Source of the DNA: Eledone cirrhosa
Lineage: Eukaryota
Length of the DNA: 64,000 bases
Reading direction: 5' to 3'
NCBI GenBank assembly: GCA_964016885.1
Contig: OZ024742.1
Coordinates: 323,392,001 to 323,456,000 of the forward strand
The notes below the pieces were generated by a model that saw only the letters and a list, made by a program, of their open reading frames with translations, did not search any database and was not told where the DNA came from. Position numbers and translations under genes: made by a program. Shown in pieces: positions 59,946-64,000 of this stretch. Each line of letters opens with the position of its first letter. The first letter of the stretch is position 1.

Positions 59946-60122
59946 ATATATATATGTATGTATATATATATATGTATGTATATATATATATGTATGTATA
60001 TATATATATGTATGTATATATATATATATGTATGTATATATATATATATGTATGTATATATATATATGTATGTATATATATATATGTATGTATATATATA
60101 TATGTATGTATATATATATATG

Positions 60123-60154
<32 letters not shown>

Positions 60155-60234
60155 TATGTATATGTATATATATATGTATGTATATATATATGTATGTATA
60201 TATATGTATATATATATGTATGTATATATATATG

Positions 60235-60293
<59 letters not shown>

Positions 60294-60300
60294 ATATATA
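59630..60300. repeat. (TA)n/TATG microsatellite
   Basis: Read directly. Confidence 0.97.
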
Positions 60301-60457
60301 TCATCATCATCATCAACGTTTAACGTCCGTGTTCCACGCTTGCATGGGTTTGGACGGGGGTAGTCCCACTTGAGGCAAGAGTGATTGTCTTGCTCGCATA
60401 GGACTGTCTGGCAGGTTTTCTACAGTTGGATGCCCTTCCTAACACCAACCACATTTA
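60301..60457 (-). mobile_element. RTE 3'-end-only copy (~155 bp)
   Basis: Near-identical sequence and the same truncation point as 49518-49675. Confidence 0.9.
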
Positions 60458-62195
<1,738 letters not shown>

Positions 62196-62232
62196 TAGAA
62201 ATTTCTGAAGACGGCATATATATGAGTTGGTA

Positions 62233-62297
62233 TACTCTTTTACTCTTTTACCTGTTTCAGCCATCCGGCTGAGCCCATGCTGGGGCACCGCCCTTGA
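62233..62297 (-). mobile_element. 3' tip of the CR1-group LINE (or of its SINE)
   Basis: tactcttttactcttttacctgtttcagccatccggctgag.ccatgctggggcac.gcccttg matches 40396-40458. Confidence 0.85.
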
Positions 62298-62467
62298 ATG
62301 TATGTATATTTAATTTTGATAGTTTGTATAATTTTGTATAATTTTGTACATAGATCTGTTAAATATACATGCCAATTCTAACACATATATATCCCAGAAA
62401 CGATCGTTAAATAATGAACTTTTTTTGTTTAATATAAGGAACTGTTTCATTGTTTTATTCATTATTT

Positions 62468-62499
<32 letters not shown>

Positions 62500-62501
62500 G
62501 G

Positions 62502-62593
<92 letters not shown>

Positions 62594-62655
62594 ATGTATA
62601 TATATATATGGATGTATATATATATATGTATGTATATATATATATATATGTATGT

Positions 62656-62696
<41 letters not shown>

Positions 62697-62716
62697 TGTA
62701 TGTATGTATATATATG

Positions 62717-62748
<32 letters not shown>

Positions 62749-62751
62749 TGT

Positions 62752-63153
62752 ATGACCCCTTAGCCTTTGTCAAGGCAGAATTCTAGGAGAAGGAAAACTC
62801 TGATATAACACCTGCAACCCTGATGGTATCCAATGATGTTGACTTATTCTTCTTTTTGGTAAATATCATCTTTGGTTAAGAGAGTGGGACTGGCTTTGTG
62901 CAGTGCCTTTGCTCACTATAAAAGCTTCACGGCACAGGCATTGCTTTATATCTGGAGATCTCTCTACACTTGTCGTCACATGGTACCAAGGGCCCAACAC
63001 TATGTGTCAATAATTGTCACAGGTGTAGTGTTTGTACCAGAGTTTTCAAGTCACTGGCTGGACTAAAAGTCACACTTGTTTAGCGCATCGGTAGGGGTTC
63101 TCCTACATGGATATAAAGTAGTGGCCGTACTCGAAAACGAGTTGGCAGCCACC
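62752..63153 (+). mobile_element. 5'-truncated second copy of the RTE-derived non-autonomous element
   Basis: Colinear with 50438-50838 with several substitutions; identical 3' end ggcagccacc|atat. Confidence 0.8.
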
Positions 63154-63176
63154 ATATATGTATATATATATGTATG

Positions 63177-63223
<47 letters not shown>

Positions 63224-63456
63224 ATATATATGTATGTATATATATATATGTATGTATATATATATATGTATGTATATATATATGTATGTATATATATATA
63301 TGTATGTATATATATATATGTATGTATATATATATATGTATGTATATATATATATGTATATATATATATGTATATATATATATGTATATATATATATGTA
63401 TATATATATATGTATGTATATATATATATGTATGTATATATATATATATATGTATG

Positions 63457-63533
<77 letters not shown>

Positions 63534-63562
63534 GTATATATATATATATATGTATATATATG

Positions 63563-63611
<49 letters not shown>

Positions 63612-63640
63612 GTATATATATGTATATATATATATGTATG

Positions 63641-63671
<31 letters not shown>

Positions 63672-63706
63672 GTATATATATGTATATGTATATATGTATA
63701 TATATG

Positions 63707-63795
<89 letters not shown>

Positions 63796-63824
63796 GTATA
63801 TATATGTATATATATATATGTATG

Positions 63825-63855
<31 letters not shown>

Positions 63856-63874
63856 GTATATATATATATGTATG

Positions 63875-63905
<31 letters not shown>

Positions 63906-64000
63906 GTATATATATATATGTATGTATATATATATATATATATGTATATATATGTATATATATATATGTATGTATATATATATATATGTATATATATATG
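63154..64000. repeat. (TA)n/TATG microsatellite running off the window
   Basis: Read directly. Confidence 0.97.

Noticed and set aside
59630-60316. N-terminal ~229 aa of the 803-aa ORF
   Set aside because: Microsatellite plus an RTE (GAT)n tail read in frame by chance; the PLE protein starts at the truncation near 59629.
62197-62412. CTGAAGAcggcatat and a distant GAAACGATCGTT that might be one hammerhead split by an insertion
   Set aside because: Stem II pairing is poor and the halves are ~170 bp apart; it cannot be supported without homologues.

Overview
AT-rich eukaryotic DNA, most likely an octopus/cephalopod genome (inferred from the [19 protein letters not shown] C2H2 cluster and the SINE families; not confirmed by a search). 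The left part (1-36 kb) is a cluster of three paralogous poly-C2H2 zinc-finger genes: one intact, one truncated at its C-terminus and one frameshifted near its start and mostly missed by the ORF track. They share upstream blocks, a uORF and 3' UTR sequence, and lie among SINEs, MITEs and RTE, CR1-group and CRE LINE fragments. After a 200-N gap, the right part (36.9-64 kb) is a mosaic of long strand-biased (TA)n/TATG tracts alternating with 5'-truncated retroelements, most on the minus strand. The strongest signal is a Penelope-like (Naiad-type) RT + GIY-YIG ORF followed 3' by about 7 near-identical 310-bp repeats. Each repeat carries a type I hammerhead ribozyme with a palindromic stem III and several hairpins, i.e. 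a candidate retrozyme/circRNA-producing array. The very long YI/YM ORFs are microsatellite artefacts. All alignments and folds were done by eye, so boundaries are approximate.
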